This document shows positions 50,373-60,784 of a stretch of 64,000 bases of DNA, piece by piece; position 1 is the first letter of the stretch; every line of letters starts with the position of its first letter. Source of the stretch: an uncultured Spirochaetota bacterium. GTDB taxonomy: Bacteria > Spirochaetota > Spirochaetia > SZUA-6 > Fen-1364. Both the position numbers and the translations under genes were made by a program. The stretch spans positions 1 to 64,000 of the forward strand of contig CAWJSK010000012.1 of NCBI GenBank assembly GCA_963845535.1, in the 5' to 3' direction. Below the pieces are notes generated by a model. That model saw nothing but the letters and a program-made list of their open reading frames with translations, was not told where the DNA came from and did no database searches.

Positions 50373-51683
50373 TTGATCACGAAAACAGTTCTCTCGCCAC
50401 AGCACGTTCGCGACATCGGGAAGAACTTTCCGCAGTTTGCGTTGCTGACACTGCAAGTGATGTTTGTCGGTCTCGTACTGGGAAGCGAACGCACGGTGCT
50501 GCCGACGCTTGCAGGTGACTTCGGAGTAGCTCAGGGCGCGTTCCTGTGGCTGGCTTCCTTCGTGATTGCGTTCGGCGTCGTCAAGGGGCTGGTCAACCTT
50601 GTTGCGGGTACACTCGCAGATCGCGTCGGCCGCAAGCGCGTGCTGTTGTTGGGTTGGGCGGCAAGCCTACCGGTGCCATTTCTGATCTTCTACGCGCCGA
50701 ACTGGAGCTGGGTGGTCGTAGCCAACATTTTTCTCGGCATCAACCAGGGGCTCGCGTGGTCGGTGACGGTCATCAGCATGGTCGATGTTGCAGGCTCCAA
50801 TCAGCGCGGGCTTGCGGTCGGCATAAACGAGTTCGGTGGCTACGCCGCAGTCGGCATAGCGGGTCTTGTTACCGGTCTTTTGGCTGCACGGTATGGACCC
50901 CGGTCCACGATAGTCGCTTTCGTGGGCATTGCCGTGGTCGTCGCTTCGATTGCAGCCCTGTTCGTGGTCGAAACACGAGGCTGGGCGCACGCGGAAAGCG
51001 AGGCGCGACAGAAAGAGGCTGCCGATGATGTCCCCCGCGCCCACGTGGCCCGTACTCGCTCGACAAACCCCGGTTTGGGAGAGATCTTTACGCTGGTCTC
51101 CTTTCGTCATCCGACTTTCCGGGCGCTGTCCCAAGCCGGGGTGACCAACAAGATCGCCGACACCTTGGTATGGGTGGTGTTTCCGATCTATCTGCATGAT
51201 CGCGGTTTTGGCCTCGGCGCTATCGGCTGGGTAACCGGAGTCTACGCGGCCGTGTGGGGAGGCTCCCAACTCTGGAGCGGGCCGCTGTCCGACCGAGTCG
51301 GGCGAAAATGGCTCATCACCTGGGGATTCTGGTTTCTTGCGCTCGGAATTACCGGTGTGCTGCTGCTATCCAGTTTCGCGTTGTTGATTGCGGCTGCCGC
51401 ACTCATGGGGATCGGTATGGCGATGCTGTATTCGAACCTCATAGCGGCAGTCAACGACATATCCGACGCCCGGTGGCGCGGGGCTTCATTAGGCGTTTAC
51501 CGGTACTGGCGCGATACCGGCTATGCCGTAGGCGGGATTGTGCTCGGTGTGATCGTGCAGACGACGTCGCACGTAGCGCTTGCGTTTTGGACCACCGCCG
51601 TCATCCTTGTCGCATCCGGCGTATGGGTGGCGCTGGGAGCTGAAGAGACACACCCGCGCAAAAGGCGGGCCACGAACCCGTAA
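50373..51683 (+). CDS. MFS transporter
   Basis: GTLADRVGRK and GPLSDRVGRK motif A; about 12 TMs; GVYRYWRDTGY. Confidence 0.92.
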   Translation: MITKTVLSPQHVRDIGKNFPQFALLTLQVMFVGLVLGSERTVLPTLAGDFGVAQGAFLWLASFVIAFGVVKGLVNLVAGTLADRVGRKRVLLLGWAASLPVPFLIFYAPNWSWVVVANIFLGINQGLAWSVTVISMVDVAGSNQRGLAVGINEFGGYAAVGIAGLVTGLLAARYGPRSTIVAFVGIAVVVASIAALFVVETRGWAHAESEARQKEAADDVPRAHVARTRSTNPGLGEIFTLVSFRHPTFRALSQAGVTNKIADTLVWVVFPIYLHDRGFGLGAIGWVTGVYAAVWGGSQLWSGPLSDRVGRKWLITWGFWFLALGITGVLLLSSFALLIAAAALMGIGMAMLYSNLIAAVNDISDARWRGASLGVYRYWRDTGYAVGGIVLGVIVQTTSHVALAFWTTAVILVASGVWVALGAEETHPRKRRATNP

Positions 51684-51885
51684 CTGTTCAGCGTTTTGGT
51701 ACTATCCCCAAAAACACCAACAGCCGGAATTTGCACTCGATTTGCTTTCTGGCAACGGATATGCTATAAGATAAGGGTATTCTTTCGTATGTGTAGTTGT
51801 CAGTCGGTTTTTCGAAAGAGTCTTCATTCATATCTTCAGCAATAAGGGGCGGAAGTCGGCATACAAGCGCGAGTGGGGGATAGCC

Positions 51886-53910
51886 ATGAAAAACAATAGA
51901 TTCCTGTATGGTGGAATTTTTCTCGTTATCGTTCTCCACGTTATTTTGTTTCTAACTCTTGTCAAGCTTTTCCCCGTGCCGGCAATCCTTCCTTTAGGCA
52001 TCGGCGCCATCGGTGACGCTGTCATCTTCATTGTCATAATCACAAGCGCCCTCAAATCCTTTTTCAAAAAAATGCAGCAAACGCCCTCAAGCTCACTCCA
52101 GAAGATAGATAGAAGCGTGTATGAAAACCTGATGTCCGTGTCTGAAACCGTTGCCTTCGACACGCAGCAGCTGCTGTGGCTGTCACAAGATAATATCGCG
52201 GCGTTCGATCAGATCGTCAAAAGCTTCTACTCCATAGAAGGGTTGAGCCAGCAGAATACCGCCAGCGTGCAGGAAATCAGAGCGAGCATCAATGAGCTTG
52301 TCGAAAGTTCGGAAAATCTACAAGGAAGCATTGTCAGTATAGAAGAAAATTCCTCAAAATCGCTTGAAATGCTGAAACGGAACCGGAGCACGATCGATGG
52401 CATTGGTGGATTGCTCCTGGACCTCATCGGTGTGATCAAGGGGGCCTCCGAAATCAACTCGCAACTGCAGACGTCATCGAAAAATATCCATAAGATTATT
52501 GAATATATCGGCGACATATCCAGCCAGACTAACCTGCTGTCCTTGAACGCGGCCATAGAAGCGGCGCGAGCCGGCGAAGCGGGAAGGGGCTTCTCCGTCG
52601 TTGCACAGGAAATTCAGAAGTTGTCTGATGCAACGCGAAATTCCATTTCCGAGATAGAAATGGTCATCAAGGGGATATCGGAAGGAATAGAGAAATCCAG
52701 CATTGCGATGAGCACCTGCATGGACAAGGTCAACGTTGTGGAAGCGAGCGCCGGAGAATCATCAAACGTCGTCATGCAAATCGAGGACATCGTGGAAAAT
52801 CTGAAGAAATCGCTTGGCGACCTCACGGAGGTGTCATCGAAACAGGCCGCCGTCGCAGTCGAAATCGATTCGACCTCACACTCGATCAACCTGGCGGTGG
52901 AAGACACATCCAACATGACATCATCGCTGATCAAGAAGGTGGATATCCAAAAGGAAAAAAACAACGACATGCTCCAATTCAGCACGCGAGTCGGCAACAT
53001 GGCCGGCGATCTCCAGGAGGTCGTGGTACGGCTGAAAACGAGCACGGAGCTCATCTTTGGAGTGAATCCCTTCACGTCTCCGGAAAACATCAGGAGGATA
53101 TACGTCCCGATTCTTGAATGGGTGTGCGAACGAATGGGGTATAAGGCGAGGACGATGATACTCCGCAACTATGATGTTTTTAATGAGGGAGTCAAGAAAG
53201 GAATCATCGACGTGGGATGGCTTTCGCCATTCGCATATGTCAACGCGCGGGACAAGAGCGGAGTCATACCCATGGTGACGCCCAAGGTGAATGGAAGGTT
53301 CACCTACAACGGGTTCATCGTCTCCAAGAAAGGCAGCGGCGTGAACAGCCTTCAGGATCTCAAAGGCAAGCACTTTGGATATGTCGACGAAAAGAGCGCC
53401 TCGGGATATATCTATGCCCGTCACATTTTCAAGATGAATGGTCTGGATCCTGACAAAGTGTTCGGCAAGGTTTCTTTCATGGGGAGCCATGACAACGTGA
53501 TTAAGTCCGTGCTTTCCGGTGACTTGGACGGCGGAGCGACATACAATGAGGCAATTGATATGGCCGCTGTGAAGGGATTGCCCGTTGGTGACTTGCATAT
53601 CATTTCCAAGACGGAGGATATCCCCAAGGATGCCATTGCGGTGCGCCCAAGCATGCCAGAAGCCATTGTCAGCAGACTGAAAGAGGCCTTTCTTGCCTAT
53701 GACGGATCAAGGAGCAAGAGCTCTCCCGTGGAAGGGTTCGTTGAAAGCAATGACGACAAGTATAATGTCGTGAGGGCTGTTGCAGGCGAAAAACAGGTGA
53801 CTCGGGCAGGAGCGCTTCCCCCGAAGCCTTCCGCCAAGGCGCCGACAATGCTTCCTCCGCGGCCTCCCACCAAGCCCCCCACCAAGCCCACCATGAATGC
53901 GAAATCATGA
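51886..53910 (+). CDS. Methyl-accepting chemotaxis protein fused to a C-terminal PhnD-like phosphate/phosphonate-binding domain
   Basis: [30 protein letters not shown]; then [45 protein letters not shown]. Confidence 0.9.
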   Translation: MKNNRFLYGGIFLVIVLHVILFLTLVKLFPVPAILPLGIGAIGDAVIFIVIITSALKSFFKKMQQTPSSSLQKIDRSVYENLMSVSETVAFDTQQLLWLSQDNIAAFDQIVKSFYSIEGLSQQNTASVQEIRASINELVESSENLQGSIVSIEENSSKSLEMLKRNRSTIDGIGGLLLDLIGVIKGASEINSQLQTSSKNIHKIIEYIGDISSQTNLLSLNAAIEAARAGEAGRGFSVVAQEIQKLSDATRNSISEIEMVIKGISEGIEKSSIAMSTCMDKVNVVEASAGESSNVVMQIEDIVENLKKSLGDLTEVSSKQAAVAVEIDSTSHSINLAVEDTSNMTSSLIKKVDIQKEKNNDMLQFSTRVGNMAGDLQEVVVRLKTSTELIFGVNPFTSPENIRRIYVPILEWVCERMGYKARTMILRNYDVFNEGVKKGIIDVGWLSPFAYVNARDKSGVIPMVTPKVNGRFTYNGFIVSKKGSGVNSLQDLKGKHFGYVDEKSASGYIYARHIFKMNGLDPDKVFGKVSFMGSHDNVIKSVLSGDLDGGATYNEAIDMAAVKGLPVGDLHIISKTEDIPKDAIAVRPSMPEAIVSRLKEAFLAYDGSRSKSSPVEGFVESNDDKYNVVRAVAGEKQVTRAGALPPKPSAKAPTMLPPRPPTKPPTKPTMNAKS

Positions 53911-53938
53911 GCGCCTTCGATAATATGCGATTTTCTGT

Positions 53939-53967
53939 TTGACAAACGACAATATGAGGATTAACGT
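53939..53967 (+). promoter_or_regulatory. Putative sigma70 promoter of the dha operon
   Basis: TTGACA-17 bp-TAACGT upstream of dhaK. Confidence 0.45.
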
Positions 53968-54048
53968 TTGTGAGGAACAGGCCAGGTTTCGTTGGCTGCA
54001 GGCACGAGCAATCGTGAGGCGACCATATCAAATCCTAGGAGGCACGGA

Positions 54049-55050
54049 ATGAAGAAGCTTATCAATCAGCCGGGCAACGTTGTGCAGGAAGCGCTTGCAG
54101 GTATGCAGGCGGCCCACGGTGACCTTTTGAAAGTCCACTACAGTCCGGATTTTGTCTCCAGGGCAGACGCGCCTGTGAAAGGGAAGGTTGCCTTGGTCTC
54201 CGGAGGCGGCAGCGGTCATGAGCCTCTCCACGGAGGCTATGTGGGCCTCGGCATGCTTGATGCGGCCTGTCCGGGAAATGTGTTCACCTCCCCTACTCCG
54301 GACCAGATCGAAGCAGCAACGAAGGCAGTGGACGGCGGCGCGGGGGTCCTCCATATTGTCAAGAACTACTCGGGCGACATCATGAACTTCGAAATGGCCG
54401 CGGATCTCTGCCGGGAGGCCGGGATTGAGGTCGAGGCGGTGGTGATCGACGACGATGTTGCCGTGAAGAACAGTCTCTATACCGAAGGACGCCGAGGAGT
54501 CGGTTGCACAGTTTTCGCGGAGAAAATCTGCGGCGCCGGCACCGAAAAGAAGATGAACCTCAAGCAGGTCGCTGACCTGTGCCGCAAGGTGAAGACGAAC
54601 GGAAGATCCATGGGAATGGCGCTGACCTCCTGCACTGTTCCCGCGGCCGGGAAGCCTACGTTCGACATCGGCCCTGACGAGATCGAGATGGGTGTCGGCA
54701 TACACGGTGAACCCGGTCGGGAACGCATGAAGCAGATGACCGCGCGAGAGTACGTGGAGATGATGGCCCAGGCAATCGTGTCCGACGTTCCGTTTCGAAG
54801 TGGTGATCAGCTCATCGTGCTTCTCAACGGGATGGGCGGCACCCCGCTCATTGAGCTCTACCTTGCGTACAACGAGTTTGCGAAGTTCTGCCAGGGGAAA
54901 GGGCTCGTCATTGCCCGGAATCTCGTGGGCAACTACATCACCTCTCTGGACATGCAGGGCTTCTCAATCTCCGCGCTGAAGGCGGACGCGCAACTGCTGG
55001 ACCTCTGGGACGCTCCTGTGCTCACGCCGGGCCTCCGTTGGGCCAAGTGA
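54049..55050 (+). CDS. dhaK: Dihydroxyacetone kinase subunit K
   Basis: [43 protein letters not shown]. Confidence 0.96.
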   Translation: MKKLINQPGNVVQEALAGMQAAHGDLLKVHYSPDFVSRADAPVKGKVALVSGGGSGHEPLHGGYVGLGMLDAACPGNVFTSPTPDQIEAATKAVDGGAGVLHIVKNYSGDIMNFEMAADLCREAGIEVEAVVIDDDVAVKNSLYTEGRRGVGCTVFAEKICGAGTEKKMNLKQVADLCRKVKTNGRSMGMALTSCTVPAAGKPTFDIGPDEIEMGVGIHGEPGRERMKQMTAREYVEMMAQAIVSDVPFRSGDQLIVLLNGMGGTPLIELYLAYNEFAKFCQGKGLVIARNLVGNYITSLDMQGFSISALKADAQLLDLWDAPVLTPGLRWAK

Positions 55051-55066
55051 GCAAGGGACGAAATGA

Positions 55067-55690
55067 ATGCTGAGCATATCACAGGTCAAGAGGTGGCTTG
55101 CCGCCCTGAACGAGGTGTACACGAAGCAGAAGGATTATCTCACCGAGCTTGACTCAGCCATTGGTGATGCAGACCACGGGATCAACATGGCCCGCGGATT
55201 CGCTGCGGTGACTGAAGAGGTGCAGAAGCAGAACCCGCAGAGCATCTCGGCACTTATGAAGACCGTCTCAATGACTCTCATCCGCACGGTGGGCGGCGCT
55301 TCGGGACCTCTGTACGGGACATTCTTCCTGCGTTTTTCACAGGCGACTGATGGAAAAGACACTCTGAACAACGCAGACGTCTATCACGCTCTCGATGAAG
55401 GCGTCAAGGGCATCATGCAGCGCGGAAAAGCGCAGGTGGGCGACAAGACCATGATTGATGCGTGGACCCCGGCCATGAAGAGGCTGGATGAGCTGGCCTC
55501 TTCGGACCTCCCGTTGTCCAAGATCATGGCGCAGGTCTCAGAGGCCGCGGAGTCGGGACTGACCAGCACGATCCCTTTGATTGCGAGACGGGGAAGGGCG
55601 AGCTATCTGGGGGAGAGAAGCAAAGGTCATCAGGACCCCGGGGCCACCTCCACTGTGTATATGCTTCGCGCCGCAGCCGAAACATGGTGA
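55067..55690 (+). CDS. dhaL: Dihydroxyacetone kinase subunit L
   Basis: LDSAIGDADHG, GGASGPLYG, GDKTMID, GRASYLGERS.GHQDPGA. Confidence 0.96.
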   Translation: MLSISQVKRWLAALNEVYTKQKDYLTELDSAIGDADHGINMARGFAAVTEEVQKQNPQSISALMKTVSMTLIRTVGGASGPLYGTFFLRFSQATDGKDTLNNADVYHALDEGVKGIMQRGKAQVGDKTMIDAWTPAMKRLDELASSDLPLSKIMAQVSEAAESGLTSTIPLIARRGRASYLGERSKGHQDPGATSTVYMLRAAAETW

Positions 55691-55738
55691 AATGCCGGGG
55701 AGACTGACGTCCATCGAGACCCGGAAAGACGGTGCGTG

Positions 55739-58288
55739 ATGGTTGGTCTTGTCCTTGTCTCGCACAGCAGGAAGCTCGCGCAGGCGGTTTCAGAGCTTGT
55801 TGCTGCGACAACCACAACACCAATACCCATTGCAGTTGCCGGCGGAGCAGGCGAAGGTCACGAATCCTTCGGAACTGACGCCACAGATATCATGGACGCC
55901 ATCGAGACGGTGTATTCGTCGGATGGGGTCGTCGTGCTCGTCGACCTGGGGAGCGCGGTCTTGAGCGCTGAGACCGCACTCGAGCTTCTTGGTGACACAA
56001 AGAACGTTCGCGTCCGCATTTGTCCAGCTCCGCTTGTCGAGGGGGGAGTCTCAGCCGCAGCGCAGATCGCCATTGGCTCGTCTCTTGACCAGGTGATAGA
56101 TGAGGCGCTTTCGGCCCTCGTGCCGAAGCAGGACCATCTCGGTGAAGGCACATTGGCGGGAGCAGGAGACTCTGGCCCGCAGAAGCGTGATGGATCAGGA
56201 GCCGTGGCTGGTGAGACATCGATCTCCGCCGCCGGAGCCGTTGAGCCGCCGCGAGCTGAGTGCCGAATCACCGTTCACACCGCCCATGGACTGCACGCTC
56301 GCCCGGCTTCCCGCTTTGTCCAGACAGTGGGACGTTTTGCCTCTGAGGTAAAAGTCAGCAATGTGACCCGACACGCAGGGCCGGTCTCCGCGCGGAGCCT
56401 GAACAAGATATCGACTTTAGGCGTGCTCGCCGGAGATGAGATTCTCGTGGCTGCCACGGGCGGGGATGCGCAGGCCGCCATCGAGGCGATCGAGCGGCTC
56501 GCGCAGGCCAACTTCGGAGATGAGGCACGCGGGGAGCCGCGGCCAGCGGGCGGTGAGGGTGCGCCGAAAGCACGAGCAGCCACGCGGGCATCCCTCTCTG
56601 TCAATGTGTCGGATGGGATAGCAGTCGCGCCCGCAATGCATCTCCGCGGTCGTGAGACCCGCGTTGAGCGGCGCACGATCGCTGACGTAGCGGCTGAGAT
56701 CAAGAGGCTGGACTCCGCCATCGAGGTGGTTTCTGCCGAGATAGACAAACGCCTGAGGCGCCTGGAAGGCATCCTGCCGCCGGACGACCTGGAGATCTTT
56801 GTCGCGCACAAGGCAATCCTGCGCGACCCTGACCTGCGGGAGGATGTGCTCTCGCTCATCACGGAAGAGCACTCCTGCGCTGAGTTCGCATGGTTCACCT
56901 GCATTGAGAGGGTGAGAAGCCAGTATCAAGCGCTCGACGATGAATACCTCCGCATGCGGGCCGCAGACGTGCAGGACGTCGGGAACCAGGTGCTTGCCCA
57001 TCTGGCGGGCAGCGGGGTCCAGCAGATCTCTTTCAATCAACCGACGATACTTCTTGCCGAAGAACTGAACCCATCGGAGGCGGCGTCGCTTGGCAATGCA
57101 AACGTCGTTGGCATCATCACGGCGCTCGGGGGGCCGACATCGCATGCCGCCATCATAGCGCGGAGCCTTGGCATCCCCTGTGTCACCGGCTTTTCCGGCC
57201 TGAGCCGGATCCGCGACGGCCAGTTCGTGGCCCTGGACGGATTCGAGGGGAATGTCGTTGTCGAACCCTCCACGGCCGTTCGCGACCAGTACATGCGTCG
57301 TCGCGACGAGTGGCTTGAGAAAAAACGCCGTTCGCTCACTGCCGCGCTGGATCCTGCGGTCACTGCGGATGGCGTGGCGGTGCCCGTGTTGGCGAACATC
57401 AGCAGTCCGCAGGAGGCTGAAGCCGCCGCGAATGCTGGAGCGGACGGCGTCGGTCTGCTGCGAACGGAGTTTCTCTTCCTCGACCGCGCGGCGGCCCCGA
57501 CCGAAGACGAACAATATGAGACGCTGCGCCGAATTGGCAAGAGCTTTGGAAACAAGCCAATCGTGGTGCGGACGCTCGATATCGGCGGCGACAAGGAGCT
57601 GGCATACGTTCCCCTGGAACGGGAGGACAATCCATTTCTTGGCGTCCGCGGCGTGAGGCTGTATGAGCGGATCGAGCCTCTCATCACCGCTCACCTGCGC
57701 GCCATCCTTCGGGCGGGCGCGAGCTTCGATTTTCGCATCATGATACCGATGATTGCCCAGGCGCAGGAATTGCGCTCGGTGCTCGTGTGGCTTGAAAAGG
57801 TCCATGCTGATCTGCTGAATGCCGGAGTTGCGCACCGTTGGCCCATAACGACAGGAATCATGGTGGAGACTCCGTCCGCCGTACAGCTCTCGGATGATCT
57901 TGCAAGGATCGCGAAGTTCTTCAGCATTGGAACGAACGACCTCACGCAATACACAATGGCGGCGGAGCGCGGGAATGCGTCGCTTTCCGGATATGCAGAT
58001 TCCCTTCACCCCGCCGTGCTGCGTTCCATACAGCGAACCGTGGAATCTGCGCATGCGGCGGGCATCCACGTGGCTGTCTGCGGAGAGATCGCCGGTGATT
58101 CCACCGCCCTCCCCGTCCTCCTGGGTCTTGGGGTGGATGAAGTCTCGCTCAGTCCCGCAAAGATACCGGAAATCAAGGAACGTCTGCGGAGAAGCAACCG
58201 CGTAAGCGCCGCCGGGTTGGTGAAGGAGCTTTTGCATTTCGATTCCGCAGCTTCCGTACGGAACGCTCTGAGGTCTCACGCCGGGTGA
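55739..58288 (+). CDS. dhaM: Multiphosphoryl-transfer fusion: DhaM (EIIA-like), HPr and complete Enzyme I
   Basis: LVSHS, DLGSA; GLHARPA; TSHAAI, GLLRTEFLF, ED-NPFLGVRG, FSIGTNDLTQY, VCGE. Confidence 0.92.
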   Translation: MVGLVLVSHSRKLAQAVSELVAATTTTPIPIAVAGGAGEGHESFGTDATDIMDAIETVYSSDGVVVLVDLGSAVLSAETALELLGDTKNVRVRICPAPLVEGGVSAAAQIAIGSSLDQVIDEALSALVPKQDHLGEGTLAGAGDSGPQKRDGSGAVAGETSISAAGAVEPPRAECRITVHTAHGLHARPASRFVQTVGRFASEVKVSNVTRHAGPVSARSLNKISTLGVLAGDEILVAATGGDAQAAIEAIERLAQANFGDEARGEPRPAGGEGAPKARAATRASLSVNVSDGIAVAPAMHLRGRETRVERRTIADVAAEIKRLDSAIEVVSAEIDKRLRRLEGILPPDDLEIFVAHKAILRDPDLREDVLSLITEEHSCAEFAWFTCIERVRSQYQALDDEYLRMRAADVQDVGNQVLAHLAGSGVQQISFNQPTILLAEELNPSEAASLGNANVVGIITALGGPTSHAAIIARSLGIPCVTGFSGLSRIRDGQFVALDGFEGNVVVEPSTAVRDQYMRRRDEWLEKKRRSLTAALDPAVTADGVAVPVLANISSPQEAEAAANAGADGVGLLRTEFLFLDRAAAPTEDEQYETLRRIGKSFGNKPIVVRTLDIGGDKELAYVPLEREDNPFLGVRGVRLYERIEPLITAHLRAILRAGASFDFRIMIPMIAQAQELRSVLVWLEKVHADLLNAGVAHRWPITTGIMVETPSAVQLSDDLARIAKFFSIGTNDLTQYTMAAERGNASLSGYADSLHPAVLRSIQRTVESAHAAGIHVAVCGEIAGDSTALPVLLGLGVDEVSLSPAKIPEIKERLRRSNRVSAAGLVKELLHFDSAASVRNALRSHAG

Positions 58289-58377
58289 GAAGGACGCGCG
58301 CCAGGCTGGTTCCTGTTCCGATCAATTTCCCTGACGGTCGCCTTCACCGACGAACTGTTTGACCAGAGACCCTGTCT

Positions 58378-59331
58378 TTAGTGCAGAGGTCCGGTTTCCT
58401 GCAGATCTGTTTGTCCGCCGGTCCCCAGCCCCTGCTCGGCAAGCAGCCGCAGGCGCGTCTGCTCCGTGCGGTCATGGAGGCGCCTCAGGGAGCCCATCAC
58501 GTTGTCTGCAACGTGTTGCTTGGGATCCTCGATGTGGCTCCGGCCCTGCAAGGCCTCGCGCCTGAACTCGGAGCACTTGCGCACCGGGCCCACCGTGTAG
58601 ACCATGAGGTCCTTGGCGATGAAGTCCTCATCCATGCGGTCATTGGGGTTCGGAAGCAGGCAATTGCCATTCACCGCGATCGTGACCATGTACGAGTAGA
58701 ACTTCAGGTACGTGTCGATCTCCCGAAGGCCACGGCCCGTGGAGGGGTCCCATGGCCGATACCGCGTCCCGGAGGGGAAGACGAGGATCAGACGGCCCTG
58801 CTTGCGAAGGGAGTTCAGCATCTTCATGGCCGCAATGTTGATCCGCGCGCGCCTTTTCTCCGCCTCTCGAAGCTCCCGCGGGTCCTTGATGCGCTTGAAC
58901 GAGCGCGCTGGATACAAGACCACGCGCGTGAAGACCTCCGTGAAGGCGAGAACCAGCTTGCTCGTCTCGTTCAGCTGTACCCCCGCTACAGAAACGATGG
59001 AATCTGCAACGCTCCGCATCTCCTCATTCCCATGTTCCAAAAGCTCGTAGAAGCAGGGAATGTCGAATGTGCTGTAATGCTCCATGAGGATGAGGCATGC
59101 CTTCTTCTTCTGGGCCAGAGAGTGCAGCTCCCTCAGGTGCTCCCGACCGATGATCCTGCTGCCGCGCAACATGACATCCTGGACTATTTGCCGCAGGAGC
59201 GGCTTGTTGGTGGGATTTCCTTCCTGGTAGACATTCTTCTCCGTCACCATCGGGGAACCGGTGGAGCTTTCGATCATCCTGCGAATGATGTCCACGTACT
59301 TGCTGTTGTTCAGGACGGACTCTTGTTGCAT
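58378..59331 (-). CDS. Glycerol-3-phosphate / lysophospholipid acyltransferase
   Basis: HxxxxD motif (EHYSTFD) and LVFPSGTR; no TM segments. Confidence 0.85.
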   Translation of the reverse strand: MQQESVLNNSKYVDIIRRMIESSTGSPMVTEKNVYQEGNPTNKPLLRQIVQDVMLRGSRIIGREHLRELHSLAQKKKACLILMEHYSTFDIPCFYELLEHGNEEMRSVADSIVSVAGVQLNETSKLVLAFTEVFTRVVLYPARSFKRIKDPRELREAEKRRARINIAAMKMLNSLRKQGRLILVFPSGTRYRPWDPSTGRGLREIDTYLKFYSYMVTIAVNGNCLLPNPNDRMDEDFIAKDLMVYTVGPVRKCSEFRREALQGRSHIEDPKQHVADNVMGSLRRLHDRTEQTRLRLLAEQGLGTGGQTDLQETGPLH

Positions 59332-59647
59332 GACAAAGCCCAATTATGGACGATGGGGAAGAAAAGTGTCAATGGCTTTCTGTGAGCGCTATCCCCAGCG
59401 GCAATGCGTCCTGAGTCTTTTTGCACCCACCGCAGAGGCGGAAGGCGGAGGCGGCGGGAGCTAAGAGCGGGAGACGAAACTTGCAGTAGGCTACGCCGAG
59501 CTGGGCCGGATTCGAGACGGACAAGTGGTGGCGATTGGTGGATTGGAAGGAGCCGTTGTCGTCGAACCGTTTGCTTTACCCCGACAAATGCAATAATTTG
59601 AATATAGGATTGAAGCTTTATGGCTGTTGGTCCGAAGGAGTTCTTGC

Positions 59648-59902
59648 ATGGGTACTACTCTTCAGAAGAGGTCGCGGGAGCAAGGAGAGCATTCCGAACT
59701 TCCGGTTGGGCGCGTGAATAATGCGCTTTCCACGGGCGGAGAACACGCCGAATCGCCGATTGGACGTGTCACCAATGCCTTGATGCCGGGCGAAAGGCAG
59801 AGCGAAATGCCGATCGGGTGTGTGAACAACGCCTTAGTGCCGGGCGAAAGGCAGAGCGAACAGCCGGTTGGGCGCGTGAAGAACGCACCGAAGGCAGCGT
59901 AG
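59648..59902 (+). CDS. 84-aa protein with four tandem 18-aa repeats
   Basis: AAGGAG RBS before ATG 59648; repeat consensus GE[HR]xxExP[VI]G[RC]VxNAL; residues conserved despite synonymous codon changes. Confidence 0.65.
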   Translation: MGTTLQKRSREQGEHSELPVGRVNNALSTGGEHAESPIGRVTNALMPGERQSEMPIGCVNNALVPGERQSEQPVGRVKNAPKAA

Positions 59903-60162
59903 CGGAAGACTCGCTTATACGGCGCCCCCCGATGTTTGCAGCGGAGGGCGGCCGCTTTTCGATTGAAGAATGTTGAAGCCGCGTCCGTGCCCCGCAGTAT
60001 GGGGCGGCCTGTTTTCCTTTCCAGAGCCATGTAGTGAGAAACGGGCTCGCGAGACCTGGCGCTTCACTGGTCATGACCCTCGGGCTGCGGGGGCGGCCGG
60101 CCCTGAGCGCTTCGCCGGCGCTCCCAGACCAGATGCGATAAAAACCACCCAGAGGACCCAGC

Positions 60163-60780
60163 TTATCTCCCGCTGGAACGGAGCTGAGATCCTCCCTGGC
60201 ATTTCCCCACAAGCGGCTTGAGATACCAATACAGCGAACCCAGGGAGACGGCTACCATGAGGCTGAGAAGGCCGTACGAGATCCCCGTGACGAGAGGGAA
60301 GCTCACCCAGGCAAGCTGGTTGGCCAGGATAAGAGTCACGATGATCAGGGAGCCGATCACTTGCAGGACCGTCTTGAGCTTCCCGGCGGTCTTTGCTCCC
60401 AGATCCAGCTTCCGTGCCATGCTCACGGGACGGACCACGCCATGCTGGGTCAGCTCGCGAGCCAGGAAGAGAGCAAAGAGGAACCACGGCATGATGCCGA
60501 GCAGAAAGAAGGAAAGATAGACGAAGAAGAAGAAGATGAAGTCGGCTAGCGGATCGATCCATTTGCCGAACGTGCTCACGGTGTTTTGTTTCCGCGCGAG
60601 CGTGCCGTCCAGATAGTCGGTGCAAAGGCTCACGACGATGATGAGAAGCGCAGAAACCACGCGTGTGACGCTCAGACTGGCCATGAAGAGGAAAAAAAGC
60701 ACTCCCAGCGGAACACGGGACAGAGAGAGTATGTTGGGAATGTTCCTTCTGAAGAACGTGCCCGACAACGAACGGTCCAT
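60163..60780 (-). CDS. pgsA: CDP-alcohol phosphatidyltransferase (PgsA-like)
   Basis: IPNILSLSR, TDYLDGTLARK...STFGKWIDPLAD, GKLKTVLQ. Confidence 0.88.
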   Translation of the reverse strand: MDRSLSGTFFRRNIPNILSLSRVPLGVLFFLFMASLSVTRVVSALLIIVVSLCTDYLDGTLARKQNTVSTFGKWIDPLADFIFFFFVYLSFFLLGIMPWFLFALFLARELTQHGVVRPVSMARKLDLGAKTAGKLKTVLQVIGSLIIVTLILANQLAWVSFPLVTGISYGLLSLMVAVSLGSLYWYLKPLVGKCQGGSQLRSSGR

Positions 60781-60784
60781 GGGA

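Noticed and set aside
59784..59860. Two identical 23-bp repeats 54 bp apart, resembling a mini-CRISPR
   Set aside because: The intervening segments are homologous to each other and in frame, and no cas genes are present. It is better explained as a coding repeat.
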